This document shows, in pieces, positions 46,418 through 56,937 of a stretch of DNA of 64,000 bases (position 1 is its first letter; each line of letters opens with the position of its first letter). The DNA is from an uncultured Planctomycetaceae bacterium (GTDB lineage: Bacteria; Planctomycetota; Planctomycetia; Planctomycetales; Planctomycetaceae). The notes beneath the pieces were generated by a model. That model saw only the letters and a program-made list of their open reading frames with translations, was not told where the DNA came from and did no database searches. The stretch is from positions 352,001 to 416,000 of the forward strand of contig CAWFGE010000023.1 of the NCBI GenBank assembly GCA_963815195.1, read 5' to 3'. A program made the translations under genes and the position numbers.

Positions 46418-48937
46418 ATGCGAAATCGCTGGTTTCTTGTGGGGGCGTTGGCGGTGGGATTGCTGGGGCCGGGCCGGCCGGCGACGGCCCAGGAGACGGA
46501 ACTCTCAGCGGCCAAGGTTTTGCGGTCGATCGACTTGGGCAAAGCCTTTCTGATTCGCCAGCAAAACGACGATGGCTCCTGGTCGTTGTCGCACAAAGTG
46601 GCCTTGGCGTCGGAGCATCAGCCGGGCATCACCAGCCTGGCTCTGCTCGCGCTTCTCAATTCGGGGATGACGCTCAAAGACGAGCCGGTCCAAAAAGCCC
46701 TCAAATACCTCAGGGAAGACATACGCGAATCCGAACCCGATTGGACCTACGATATCGCCTTGATGATTATGGCCCTCGAAGCCGCGGACGAGGGGCAGCG
46801 GGATTACCCCCGAATCGCCCGCCTGGCCCGGAGGTTGGAAGATTCGCAAACGCTCACGGGGGAGCATCGTGGCTCGTGGGGCTACACCGCGTCCGGAAAA
46901 GGCCCGACCGCCGGCTGGGAAGGCGACCGCAGCAACGCCCAGTATTCGATTCTTGGCCTGCACGCGGCCGCGGAAGCGGGCGTGTCCATCAAACGCGCCA
47001 CCTGGGAGCGGGCCCGCCAGCATTGGCTCGACAACCAAGGACCCGACGGCGGCTGGAACTATACCTCCCGGGCGGACTTTCGCAATACCACCGGCAGCAT
47101 GACCGCCGCGGGCATCGCATCGCTGGTGATTACCCAATCGCATCTCCGCGATCCATCCCAGGATGAGACGCCCGACGGCGAGCCGCTCTGCTGCCGAATG
47201 CAGACCGACGACGACGCCCTGGAAAAAGCCCTGGCCTGGATGGGAAAGTATTACAATCCCGCCGTCAATCACGGCAACGCCCGCAATCGCATTTTGTATT
47301 ACACCTACGGCGTCGAACGCGCGGGCCGCTTGAGCGCCCGCCGGTTCTTCGGCGACCACGACTGGTATCGCGACGGGGCGAAGTTTCTGCTCAACAAACA
47401 ACAAAACGGGCAGCTCATGGGGGCCTGGGTCGGCGAAGGGGCTTACGAAAAGGACCCCGTCGTCGGCACCAGCTTTGCGCTGCTGTTTCTTTCCAAAGGC
47501 CTTTCGCCCGTGCTCGTGCAAAAGCTGATGTACGGCGAACCCAAAGGCGCGAACGCCGTCCGTACCGGCCATTGGAACCGGCACGACAGCGACATCCGCC
47601 GATTGACCGAGCACATCAGCAAGCTCCCCAAGTGGCCCAAGCTCGTCACGTGGCAGGTGCTCAATCTGAATAAAGTCGCCGAGAACGTTCAAGGGGCCCG
47701 CCAGGTCCCGCCTATGCCGAAAAAGGCGGAGGAACAGGCACCGAAAGCCGATCCCATCGCCGAACTCCGGCAGGCGCCGATTTTATATCTCAGCGGCGAC
47801 TCGGCTTACTCGTTCACACAGCTTGACGCCAGCATCCTGCGAGCGTATGTCGATCAGGGCGGGTTTATCCTGGGCGTGGCGAACTGCCCGGAAAACGGCA
47901 CCGAGTTCGAGAAGTCGTTCCGCGACCTCATCGCGAAAATGTATCCCCAAGGTGAAGCGACGCTCCAGCCTTTGACCAATGACCACCTCGTGTTCCGCAG
48001 CGAATATCCGCTCAACGGGGACAACTTCGACCTTTTGGGCGTCGATGTCGGCTGCCGGACGGCGATCATGTTTTCCAAGGGCGATTTGGGCTGTTTGTGG
48101 GATATGATCGAAACGCCGAAGCCGGAAGGCCGCTCCGACAAGCTCGCCGCCCGCATCGAACGCGACACCCGCATGGGCGTGAACATCATCGCTTATGCCA
48201 CCGGCCGCGAGCCGCCCAACAAACTCGACGCCGAGGAAGCCCAGCCGATGGACGGCGAGCAGGACCGCATCGAGCGCGGCTTTCTGCAAATCGCGAAGCT
48301 CAAGCACTCGGGCAGTTGGGACGTGGCTCCGCGGGCACTCAAAAATCTCTTGATGGGCTTAAACCAGCAGGTCGGCCACATGGCCACGACCAAGGACAAA
48401 GTCATCACAGCCACCGATCCGGACATTTTTAAATATCCCCTGGTTTACATGCACGGCCGGACGGGATTTCAACTTTCCGATAAAGGCATCACGCGGCTCA
48501 GGGAGCATTTGGGCCGCGGCGGCGTGTTGTTCTCCGATGCCTGCTGCGGTGCCCCGGCGTTCGATCAGAGTTTCCGCAAGCTGGTGAAAGATCTGTTCCC
48601 GAACGCGGAGTTCAAACGCATTCCGATGTCGCACGAGATCTTCAAGGTGTTCCACAACATTTCCACCGTCCACCGGCGGGTGCCGGAGATCGTCAACCCC
48701 AACGAGCCGCTCGTGATCTCCGAGAAATCCGTGGAGCCGTACTTGGAAGGCGTGGAAGTCGATGGGCGGTACGTGGTGATTTACAGCAAGTACGACATCA
48801 GTTGCGCCCTGGAACGGCAAACTTCCGCCGCCTGCGCGGGCTACATCCCCAAAGATGCCCTCCACATTGCCGTGAACGTGGTGATGTATGCCCTGCTCCA
48901 GAACGCGAGCTATGTGGAAACGCTGAAGAAGAAATAG
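46418..48937 (+). CDS. DUF4159-domain protein with N-terminal prenyltransferase/squalene-cyclase-like repeats
   Basis: QQNDDGSW, GSWGY, QGPDGGWNY repeats; two DUF4159-like halves (GGFILG, GGVLFSDACCG). Confidence 0.85.
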   Translation: MRNRWFLVGALAVGLLGPGRPATAQETELSAAKVLRSIDLGKAFLIRQQNDDGSWSLSHKVALASEHQPGITSLALLALLNSGMTLKDEPVQKALKYLREDIRESEPDWTYDIALMIMALEAADEGQRDYPRIARLARRLEDSQTLTGEHRGSWGYTASGKGPTAGWEGDRSNAQYSILGLHAAAEAGVSIKRATWERARQHWLDNQGPDGGWNYTSRADFRNTTGSMTAAGIASLVITQSHLRDPSQDETPDGEPLCCRMQTDDDALEKALAWMGKYYNPAVNHGNARNRILYYTYGVERAGRLSARRFFGDHDWYRDGAKFLLNKQQNGQLMGAWVGEGAYEKDPVVGTSFALLFLSKGLSPVLVQKLMYGEPKGANAVRTGHWNRHDSDIRRLTEHISKLPKWPKLVTWQVLNLNKVAENVQGARQVPPMPKKAEEQAPKADPIAELRQAPILYLSGDSAYSFTQLDASILRAYVDQGGFILGVANCPENGTEFEKSFRDLIAKMYPQGEATLQPLTNDHLVFRSEYPLNGDNFDLLGVDVGCRTAIMFSKGDLGCLWDMIETPKPEGRSDKLAARIERDTRMGVNIIAYATGREPPNKLDAEEAQPMDGEQDRIERGFLQIAKLKHSGSWDVAPRALKNLLMGLNQQVGHMATTKDKVITATDPDIFKYPLVYMHGRTGFQLSDKGITRLREHLGRGGVLFSDACCGAPAFDQSFRKLVKDLFPNAEFKRIPMSHEIFKVFHNISTVHRRVPEIVNPNEPLVISEKSVEPYLEGVEVDGRYVVIYSKYDISCALERQTSAACAGYIPKDALHIAVNVVMYALLQNASYVETLKKK

Positions 48938-48986
48938 TAGGGGAGATCCCAACCAAAACTTGTTGTAGCGCGAGACGCATTCTCCG

Positions 48987-49382
48987 ATGAACAATCCTTC
49001 CGACAACTCCCAAACCGCCGTCTTGCTGATCGCGCACGGCAGCCGGCGGCCGGAGGCGAACGCCGACCTCGCGAAGCTCGCGGACCTGGTTCGCGAACGC
49101 GGGGAGCATCGCTGGGTGGAGATCGCGTATCTGGAAATCTGCGAGCCGACGATTCCCCAAGGAGTCGCCCGCTGCGTGCAACACGGGGCGGCCCGCGTTC
49201 TCATTCTGCCTTATTTCCTCTCGGCCGGTTCGCATGTCGTGCGCGATTTGGAGCGACACCGGCGGGAAGCCGCCGAAACGCATCCAGGAACGGCGTTTGA
49301 ACTCTGCCCGCCGTTGGGATTGCATCCCTTGATGGTGGATCTCGTGATGATCCGCCTCGCGGAGGGCGCGGAACATCATTGA
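48987..49382 (+). CDS. CbiX/SirB-type tetrapyrrole chelatase (short form)
   Basis: LLIAHGSR, AYLE..EPTI, PYFLSAGSHV, PLGLHP. Confidence 0.88.
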   Translation: MNNPSDNSQTAVLLIAHGSRRPEANADLAKLADLVRERGEHRWVEIAYLEICEPTIPQGVARCVQHGAARVLILPYFLSAGSHVVRDLERHRREAAETHPGTAFELCPPLGLHPLMVDLVMIRLAEGAEHH

Positions 49383-49490
49383 ACCGGTCTTGGCGGGATG
49401 CGGACGGTAAGCTGCCGCGAGATCGGGCGCGGGAAAGGGGATGCTGTTGGGAACGGAATTGACGGAAGGCCGAGTTGGAATGGCGTATGA

Positions 49491-51110
49491 TTACGATACG
49501 CTCGCGCCCTTGACTCGCTCGATAATTTGCCGCCGCGCTTCTTGGCGATGGATGATGCGGCCGACTAATTCTTGCGGGCGTTCGGCGAGTTCCGGGCGCA
49601 GATTCACGGCTCGCTGCAATAGGAGATCACCCTCGGTTTTTTCTCCCACGCCGGTCAACGCAACCGAACGAAGCAGCGGGTCCCAAAAACAATCCGGAAT
49701 CGAGAAATGCTCCGACGCGGCTAGGGCCTCCTGATATTCGCCCTGATCGAGTTGATGAATGGCCGCCGTCCATTGGACCCAACCCGGCAGACCGGCATTG
49801 AGCCGGGTCGCTTGCTCAATTAAACTCAGCCCGCGCTCGGCTTGGCCGTTGATCGTCAGCATGGCTCCCGCCGCTCCCACCTCGAAGGGGGCCCCGTTTG
49901 CATGTTCCACGGTCCGCTCCGCGGCGGCCAGGCTCTCTTCCGGGTTGCCGTGCATTAAGTGATACAGCCCGGAACTCCAATGGGCAAAAGCACAACTCGG
50001 GTCGGCTTTCAAAGCTTGTTGGACGCAGTACAGAGCCTGCTGGGAAGCATCCGGCGACTTAGTCTTGGAGACCATCGCCACGCCATTGAGATGCAACGTG
50101 GCCAACGCGCTCCAAGCCAAAGCCACATTGGGAAAGGCTCTGACAATCTTCGTGACGGATTGGACAATCCGCGTGTAATCTTTATCCCCCAGGTGCATTT
50201 CGTAATCAAAGAACTGAAAGAGAGATTCAATGGCCGTCGCCTTCTCGGTCCGTTTTGTCAGCGAGGCCGACCGAATGGCTCGCGACAAAATCCCGAACAC
50301 ATCGCCCAGCAGGAGAGCCGCATTCCGCGCGAGTCGATCCAACTCGTGCTGCAGATTCTTGCCGGATTTGCAATCGAAAGACTCCCCCCAGATGACGACG
50401 CCATTGTCAGCCTGAAGGAACTGAAGCGTAATTCGACACCCCTGCGGGACTTCCCGAAACGTGCCCCACAAGCAATAGTCCGCCTTGAGACGCGATGGAA
50501 GACTCCAGGGGGCGGCTTCGTGTGGCGGTAATCGTTGCGTCATCAAATAGTCAATCACTTGAATCCAACTGTATCGACTGAGATGGATACACAGGTCCTG
50601 CGCCAAGCCGTCAGCCAAACAGCGAATCTCTTCCCCGCCGCCAAAGGTGACAAACGGAAGGATCGCCACGACGGGCCGCCCCAGCGAATCGTCTTGGAGA
50701 CTCGTCTCGGCCGTTCGCTCGGGTGACGCTGTTTCCGTTGCAGGAATTTCATCCTCATCCCTTTGCTGGAAGACGGGGCGATAACCGCCTTTGGGCATTT
50801 CGATTTTGAGGGCGTTCGATAAGCCGTCTTTGGCATAATACCGATCCAACGCCCGCCGCAGCTTGCCGGCAACGACACGGACGATCGGATCAAAACGGGA
50901 GTCAAAGTCCGCCCCTCGATCCAAAGCGTTTCGGGCGACGGTGCGCTCCTTCAGGCGTTCCGCATTTCCCGCCAGCGATTGTTCGACGATATATCGCAAA
51001 AACCGCGAAAGATGCTGCGAAGCCGCAAAGTCCTCGGAGGCCAAAACCTGCTGAAGCTCTGCTTGGATGGCTACTGTTTTCGCCTCACTCAAGACGACTT
51101 CGTAAGACAT
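49491..51110 (-). CDS. Putative regulator: N-terminal winged-helix-like domain + TolB-N-like domain + TPRs
   Basis: LSRFLRYIVE...DPIVRVVAGKLRRALDRYY...MPKGGYRPVF; VAILPF; C-terminal TPR helices. Confidence 0.75.
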   Translation of the reverse strand: MSYEVVLSEAKTVAIQAELQQVLASEDFAASQHLSRFLRYIVEQSLAGNAERLKERTVARNALDRGADFDSRFDPIVRVVAGKLRRALDRYYAKDGLSNALKIEMPKGGYRPVFQQRDEDEIPATETASPERTAETSLQDDSLGRPVVAILPFVTFGGGEEIRCLADGLAQDLCIHLSRYSWIQVIDYLMTQRLPPHEAAPWSLPSRLKADYCLWGTFREVPQGCRITLQFLQADNGVVIWGESFDCKSGKNLQHELDRLARNAALLLGDVFGILSRAIRSASLTKRTEKATAIESLFQFFDYEMHLGDKDYTRIVQSVTKIVRAFPNVALAWSALATLHLNGVAMVSKTKSPDASQQALYCVQQALKADPSCAFAHWSSGLYHLMHGNPEESLAAAERTVEHANGAPFEVGAAGAMLTINGQAERGLSLIEQATRLNAGLPGWVQWTAAIHQLDQGEYQEALAASEHFSIPDCFWDPLLRSVALTGVGEKTEGDLLLQRAVNLRPELAERPQELVGRIIHRQEARRQIIERVKGASVS

Positions 51111-51302
51111 GGCCGACCTCATTCAAGCGGGCCGCCCTGCCCTGGAAACGGTGCGAGAACGAACGGTTAACTTCAATCGGGTTACGGTAAATTACTTTCA
51201 TCGGTCCGTCGCGCATTGTAGTTTGACCGGTGTCGATCACCAAGCAGGTTTTTCCCCGATTGCCTTTGATGTCTTCACATTGTTTTCACAGAGCCTCAAT
51301 CC

Positions 51303-51560
51303 ATGGATAGAGAAACCCTGGTGGAATTGGGAAAACGCCTCGAATCGGAGATCCCCAATGCCGCCGATGAAATCAACTGCCGTTTATGTGAAGAAGGACT
51401 GCGGGAGATGTGCCTTGAATACGAAGAATGCACACGCTCTTTGCATTATTGGGAGGAATCGCAATCGAATGACAAACGCCGCATCCGGGAATATAGCGAA
51501 CTTTTGGCCGATTTGGAGCGAGAGATTCTGTCCTACCTCAAAGCCCCGAAACGCGACTAG
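51303..51560 (+). CDS. Small acidic Cys-containing helical protein
   Basis: 85 aa, LREMCLEYEECTRSLHYW...RIREYSELLADLEREI; divergent from the regulator and upstream of the sulfatase. Confidence 0.65.
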   Translation: MDRETLVELGKRLESEIPNAADEINCRLCEEGLREMCLEYEECTRSLHYWEESQSNDKRRIREYSELLADLEREILSYLKAPKRD

Positions 51561-51613
51561 GCTAGGATTTCTTCGCAATGGACGGATCACTCCGAGGGGG
51601 GGTGATTGTTTCC

Positions 51614-51636
51614 GTAGCGTTGGCTTCCAGCCGCCG
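51614..51636. repeat. Degenerate GTAG REP unit
   Basis: GTAGCGTTGGCTTCCAGCCGCCG, similar to the reverse complement of 28311-28333. Confidence 0.55.
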
Positions 51637-51811
51637 ACCGGAGGGCGCGACCGTCGGTCCCTATGGCGGAGTGGCCGTTATGGAGCGGCGGGATACCGTC
51701 GCACCGCGGTGGGAGTCCGCCGCTTCGAATTATTAAATCAAAAGCTTTTCGAAGAGTGGTCATGTCGTCCACACAGCAACGTTGTTCCTTTCGACTGAGG
51801 AGTTTTTTCAC

Positions 51812-53410
51812 ATGCAGAAAAGTTTCAGCTACTTAATCGTTTCGTTTTTGGTGGTGGGGGTTCTTAGCCCCGCTGCCGCCCAGGAAAACCGCAAACCGAA
51901 CATCGTCATCATTTGGGGCGACGACATCGGCCAGTCAAACGTCAGTGCGTATTCGATGGGCGTGATGGGTTACCGCACGCCGAATATCGACCGAGTGGCC
52001 AAGGAAGGCATGATCTTCACTGACTACTACGCCGAGCAAAGCTGCACGGCGGGGCGGGCTTCGTTCATCACGGGCCAGCACGGCCTGAGGACCGGCCTGA
52101 CAAAAGTTGGCCTCCCCGGTGCAGCGATCGGGCTGCAGAAGGAAGACCCCACGATTGCCACGCTGCTCAAGGAGCAAGGATACGCCACCGGGCAGTTCGG
52201 CAAAAACCACCTGGGCGACCGCAACGAATTTCTGCCGACGGTTCATGGCTTCGACGAGTTCTACGGCAACCTGTATCACTTGAACGCGGAAGAGGAACCG
52301 GAACTGCCCGACTATCCGAAAGACCCGGCCTTCCGGGCGAAATACGGACCGCGCGGCGTGCTCGATTGCAAAGCCACCGATCAGGATGATGCGACCGTCG
52401 ATCCGCGGTTCGGCCGCGTCGGCAAGCAGACGATCAAAGATACGGGCCCCTTGACCAAAAAACGCATGGAAACGATCGACGACGATGTTGCCGATCGCGC
52501 GTCGGAATACATCAAACGGCAGTCGGACGCCGACAAACCTTTCTTTGTGTGGGTCAACTTCACCCACATGCACTTCCGCACGCACGTGAAGCCGGAAAGC
52601 AAAGGCCAGTCCGGCCGCTGGCAATCGCCCTATCACGATGCGATGATCGATCACGACAAGAACGTCGGCACGGTTCTGAAAGCCATCGACGACGCGGGAA
52701 TCGCGGACAACACCTTCGTGATGTACTCGACGGACAACGGCCCGCACATGAATTCCTGGCCCGATGCCGCGATGACGCCCTTCCGCAATGAAAAGAACTC
52801 CAACTGGGAAGGCGCTTACCGCGTGCCCTGCATGGTCCGCTGGCCCGGAAAAATCAAGCCGGGAACCGTTTCCAATGAGATCATCGGACATCACGACTGG
52901 TTCCCGACGCTTTTGGCGATGGCCGGCGATTCCGACGTGAAACAGAAACTGATGGAGGGACACAAAATCGACGACATGACCTACAAGGTCCATCTCGACG
53001 GGTACAATCTGGTTCCGTACCTCACCGGCGAGTCCGACAAAAGCCCGCGGGAATCGTTTATTTATTGCAACGACGACCAGCAGGTCACTGGGCTGCGGTT
53101 TGACAATTGGAAACTGGTTTTCATGGAGCAGCGGGTCCGGGGAACATTGCGAATCTGGGCGGAGCCGTTTGTCTCCCTGCGCGTGCCGAAGATTTTCAAC
53201 CTGCGGACCGATCCCTACGAACGGGCCGATGTCACGTCAAACACGTATTACGATTGGCTGTTGGACCACGTCTTCCTGCTGGTTCCCGCCCAGGATTACG
53301 TCGGCAAGTTCCTGGCGACGTTCAAAGAGTTTCCGCAACGGCAAAAAGCGGCCAGCTTCAACCTGGATGAAGTCATGGAGAAGCTGAAGGAAAGCGGCGG
53401 AAGCAAATAG
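51812..53410 (+). CDS. Arylsulfatase (Cys-type formylglycine sulfatase), secreted
   Basis: PNIVIIWGDD, SCTAGRAS (CxxxR), GKNHLG, STDNG; RBS GAGGAG; signal peptide. Confidence 0.95.
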   Translation: MQKSFSYLIVSFLVVGVLSPAAAQENRKPNIVIIWGDDIGQSNVSAYSMGVMGYRTPNIDRVAKEGMIFTDYYAEQSCTAGRASFITGQHGLRTGLTKVGLPGAAIGLQKEDPTIATLLKEQGYATGQFGKNHLGDRNEFLPTVHGFDEFYGNLYHLNAEEEPELPDYPKDPAFRAKYGPRGVLDCKATDQDDATVDPRFGRVGKQTIKDTGPLTKKRMETIDDDVADRASEYIKRQSDADKPFFVWVNFTHMHFRTHVKPESKGQSGRWQSPYHDAMIDHDKNVGTVLKAIDDAGIADNTFVMYSTDNGPHMNSWPDAAMTPFRNEKNSNWEGAYRVPCMVRWPGKIKPGTVSNEIIGHHDWFPTLLAMAGDSDVKQKLMEGHKIDDMTYKVHLDGYNLVPYLTGESDKSPRESFIYCNDDQQVTGLRFDNWKLVFMEQRVRGTLRIWAEPFVSLRVPKIFNLRTDPYERADVTSNTYYDWLLDHVFLLVPAQDYVGKFLATFKEFPQRQKAASFNLDEVMEKLKESGGSK

Positions 53411-53475
53411 CTCTCGAGACGGCACCAAGAGGACTTTTTCCACTCGCCATTTTCCATTTCTCGGAGATTCGCCTG

Positions 53476-53868
53476 ATGCTTAAGCGATCCCTTGCCCCTG
53501 TCGTTTTCCTTCCTTTATTCGGTTGGAGCCTCTTATTCGGACCATTGACAGAAGCTTTGGCTCAGGAGGAAAAGGCTGACGCGACGTCCAGGGCCGACAG
53601 CGTCCTGCCGCTGCCGCCGGAGCCGTTCCAAGGGAAGATCGGCCTTACCTATAAAGATTCCGAGGCGGTCAAAGACAAACTGAAAATCCCGGCGACGTTC
53701 GGCTTAAAGGATCCGCCGAATATCCCCGGCACGGACTGGAACCGTTCGAGGTCGGCCGCGATTCCATCCCCCCCCCCCCCAATCGATCCGGCCTACAAGG
53801 GCAAGGACAAGTTCGAGTTCACCGGCAAGATCCAAAAAGTGAACTTCGAACTGACGTCCGCGAAGTGA
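53476..53868 (+). pseudogene. Internally deleted arylsulfatase
   Basis: Signal peptide + LPLPPEPFQGKIG...PPNI (sulfatase start) fused to a C-terminal tail (EPFEVGRDS in another frame, PIDPAY..FTGKIQKV); no catalytic core; C13 run at 53768-53780. Confidence 0.75.
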
Positions 53869-54015
53869 CCGGATAATCCGCAAATCCAAAACGGAACATC
53901 ATAAACAGGGCGAAGGGTTTATGGATCACCGGCTTTTGATCAAGTGGAGGCCTGGCGGTATCGATACAAATTCACACGTTGTGTGACCATCGCGTGATGA
54001 CGAACGCCATTCGGC

Positions 54016-55467
54016 ATGGATGCTTTAGATATGTTGGCGTGGGAAATTCAGTCGCTGCGGCTCGTGATAACCTCCTCACTGTTAGTAGGAGGGTTGATTG
54101 CCTCAAACACCCAGGCTCAAGATTTGGCAACCACAACAAGGGTGCCTCAGCCGGTTGAGCCGGCGAAGAGAGTCGGCGTTCGAGAACCAGATGACGTCTT
54201 TCGCCCATGCGCCGATGTGCCCTGTTCCGAACTCGGCGTCGAAAGGGAAACCCCACACGGTACGTGTGGGAAGAATGATCCCCATTGCACCACAACTCAA
54301 CTGACGGGCGATTGGCTCGGGTTGCGCAGCGGATTGGCGGACGAGGGATTCACCTTTAATCTTTACGGCACGCAGTTCTATCAAGGCGTCGCCGCTGGCA
54401 GTCTGGAAAAGGACTGGGAATACGGTGGGAAACTCGACTATCTGGGACTCATCAGCGGTGAAAAGCTATTCGGGTTGACCGGATTCTTTGTCAATCTGCA
54501 CGGGGAGACCCGCTTGGGAACGACCGTCAACCAGGACGATGGCTTGATCGCTCCGAGCAATATCGCCATGAATTTCCCCAAGGAAGATGGAAACCTTTCG
54601 GCTCTCACCGGGCTCAAGCTAACCCAGGCGTTGTCGGAGAATTTCGCCGTCTTCGCAGGCAAGATCAATACGCTCGACGAATATCCGTTGCGGTTCAATT
54701 CTCAGCTCGGCCTCGATCGGCCCGGCATCGGCGGTTTTATGAATACTTCGCTCGTGTTCAATCCCATCGTCGCGAGGACGATCCCTTACTCTGCTGCTTC
54801 GGTTGGGGCGGCGGTTCTAAAAGATGGCGAGCCCCTTTTCAGTTTGACGTTCATGGACCCGCAGGAACGCGCCACAATCGGGCTTGAGAATCTTTACGCT
54901 CAAGGCGTCGCGGTCGTTCCGGATTTGATCCTTCGCGGGAAGCTTTTCGGCCGGCCTTCCGGGATCAATCTGGGCGGAACGTACAGCACGGCTCAGTACC
55001 AGTCTCTCGATCCTGCCTCTTATCTCTTTGTGCCCAACTTCGGCGTGCTCGGAGCCCGGGAGAACGGATCGTGGTCGGTCTATGCCAACGGCTATCATGC
55101 CCTCTGGGTCGATCCTTCCGATGCCAAACGCAACTGGGGAATCTTTGGCCAATTTGGACTCTCGGACGGGAACCCCAACCCGATTCGATATGTGGCCAAT
55201 GGAGGTTTTGCCGGCCGAAGCATGATTCCCGGAAGAACCCTCGACACGTTTGGCGCGGCTTTCTTTTATGTCGGCCTCAGCCAAAACTTCAAAGCCCTGA
55301 CCGCCCCGATTCTTCCCCAGCAGGACGAGTACGGAGCGGAACTGTTTTACAACATCGCCGTCACGCCCGCTTGCCGATTCACGACGGATCTCCAGATCGT
55401 TGAGCCAAGCACGAAAGGCCTCGAGACCGCCATCATCCCCGGCATCCGACTCCAATTGGCTTTCTGA
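54016..55467 (+). CDS. Carbohydrate-selective porin, OprB family
   Basis: LTGDWLGLRSGL, YGGKLDY, GKINTLD, ELFYNIAVTP, TTDLQIV, terminal Phe; start uncertain. Confidence 0.88.
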   Translation: MDALDMLAWEIQSLRLVITSSLLVGGLIASNTQAQDLATTTRVPQPVEPAKRVGVREPDDVFRPCADVPCSELGVERETPHGTCGKNDPHCTTTQLTGDWLGLRSGLADEGFTFNLYGTQFYQGVAAGSLEKDWEYGGKLDYLGLISGEKLFGLTGFFVNLHGETRLGTTVNQDDGLIAPSNIAMNFPKEDGNLSALTGLKLTQALSENFAVFAGKINTLDEYPLRFNSQLGLDRPGIGGFMNTSLVFNPIVARTIPYSAASVGAAVLKDGEPLFSLTFMDPQERATIGLENLYAQGVAVVPDLILRGKLFGRPSGINLGGTYSTAQYQSLDPASYLFVPNFGVLGARENGSWSVYANGYHALWVDPSDAKRNWGIFGQFGLSDGNPNPIRYVANGGFAGRSMIPGRTLDTFGAAFFYVGLSQNFKALTAPILPQQDEYGAELFYNIAVTPACRFTTDLQIVEPSTKGLETAIIPGIRLQLAF

Positions 55468-55492
55468 TTCTTATTAACCCCAAACGAAACTA

Positions 55493-56916
55493 GATGTCAG
55501 TTTCGTAAATCCTTCCTCAGTTAAGCCGCCTGTCGTTTGTAGGGGCGAGGCGGGTAGAGGATTTTTTCGTAAGTTTTGGGGCGAGGGCTGAACCAGACTC
55601 GCCCGCGTTTTTGTTGGCGCCGCGTTTGGTCGAATGGCGTGCTGCGAACGAGCGGCTCGCCAGTGTAGGTCCAACGGTAGGGATGACAATAGTGCGAGTT
55701 GTAATCATTCAAGAAAGCCAAGAGCCGGTCCTCAAACTCGGCCGCCGAAGCGAAGTCTCCTCTTTTCAGGAACCGCCGGGACAAGACGCTAAACCACAAC
55801 TCCACCTGGTTCAGCCAGGAACCGTGCTTCGGCGTGAAATGGAACACGTGTTTGTGGGACGGGTCGGTCAAGAACAAACGCCTTTGGGTTCCCGTTTTCA
55901 AGTCTTTGGGAACGAACGGCACCTCGCTCAACTCGGCCACCACGCGGCAGACATCCAGGCTCCAATGCGTGTTCAGATTATCCAGCACCCAATCGAACCG
56001 CTGCATTTCGCGAAAGTGTGTGGCGACATGATCGATGTGTGCGGCGAAATCCTGGCTGGTGCGCGTTTGCCCGAGATTCCAAACGACCTCGCCGGTCGGT
56101 ACGGCGAACGAAGCGATCAAAGCCCTCGTGCCATGACGGATGTATTCGTGCTCCCGCTTCTCCGGTTTTCCCGGCTCAAGGGGCTGCGTGGGATATTTCC
56201 GCTGGAGAATCTGCATGCCGGTTTTCTCATCACTGCTGATAATCAACCGACCCTGCTGATAGAACGCGGGCGCTTGGACGTACAACTGGCCAATCTCGCG
56301 AGCGATCGCATCAAAGTCCGGATCATGGCTGTTGAGCCAGTAAACGCTCTTGTGAGGCTTGAGATCCGCCTCCTCCAAAATCCGCCAGATTGTCGAACGG
56401 CTCATGGCTTCGTGATACGCATCATTGAGAATCGTGGCCGCGATGTCATTCAGGCTCCACCGCGTGGCAGGGTTGTCGTAGTCCGCTGGTTCGCTCGTCG
56501 CGATCGTCATGACATTCAACTGGTCCTCCGGGGGAAAAAGACCGAGGCCGTCCCGGTCTCGGCAGGTCTTGGAGCCCTGCGACTCCCTGCTCCAAAAACC
56601 GCCGCCGCCAAGTGCCCACGGTCTGCCGATCGCAGCCGAACTCCGCGGCGATATCCAGATTCCTGGGACGGTCCGGCTCGGCAGCCCGCAACACCAAGCG
56701 GGCCCGAAACACCAAAGCCTGCGGCGTCGAACCGGCTCGAACCAGCTTCTCAAGTTGCTGCCGCTGTTCATCATTCAAAACAACATCCGGGGGAAATGGG
56801 GTGGGCATGGAACCTCCTTGCTCCAAAGGACAGAAACACATGCCCGTTAAATCCCGTATTCGGCCGATTTTGTCCAGACCAACTAAAACTGACTATGCAC
56901 TTACGAAACTGACATC
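55493..56916 (-). mobile_element. IS630-family insertion sequence (1424 bp)
   Basis: Perfect 16-bp TIR GATGTCAGTTTCGTAA / TTACGAAACTGACATC; TA duplicated on both sides (55491-2, 56917-8). Confidence 0.95.
55521..56808 (-). CDS. IS630 transposase, two ORFs joined at a T5C5 slippage site (56530-56539)
   Basis: ORF A HTH (WRRRFLEQGVAGLQDLPRPGRP); ORF B DDE (SSDEKT, EYIRHGT, VLDNLNTH, TPKHGSWLNQVE). Confidence 0.93.
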
Positions 56917-56937
56917 TAGGATCCGGTTCTCCCCATG

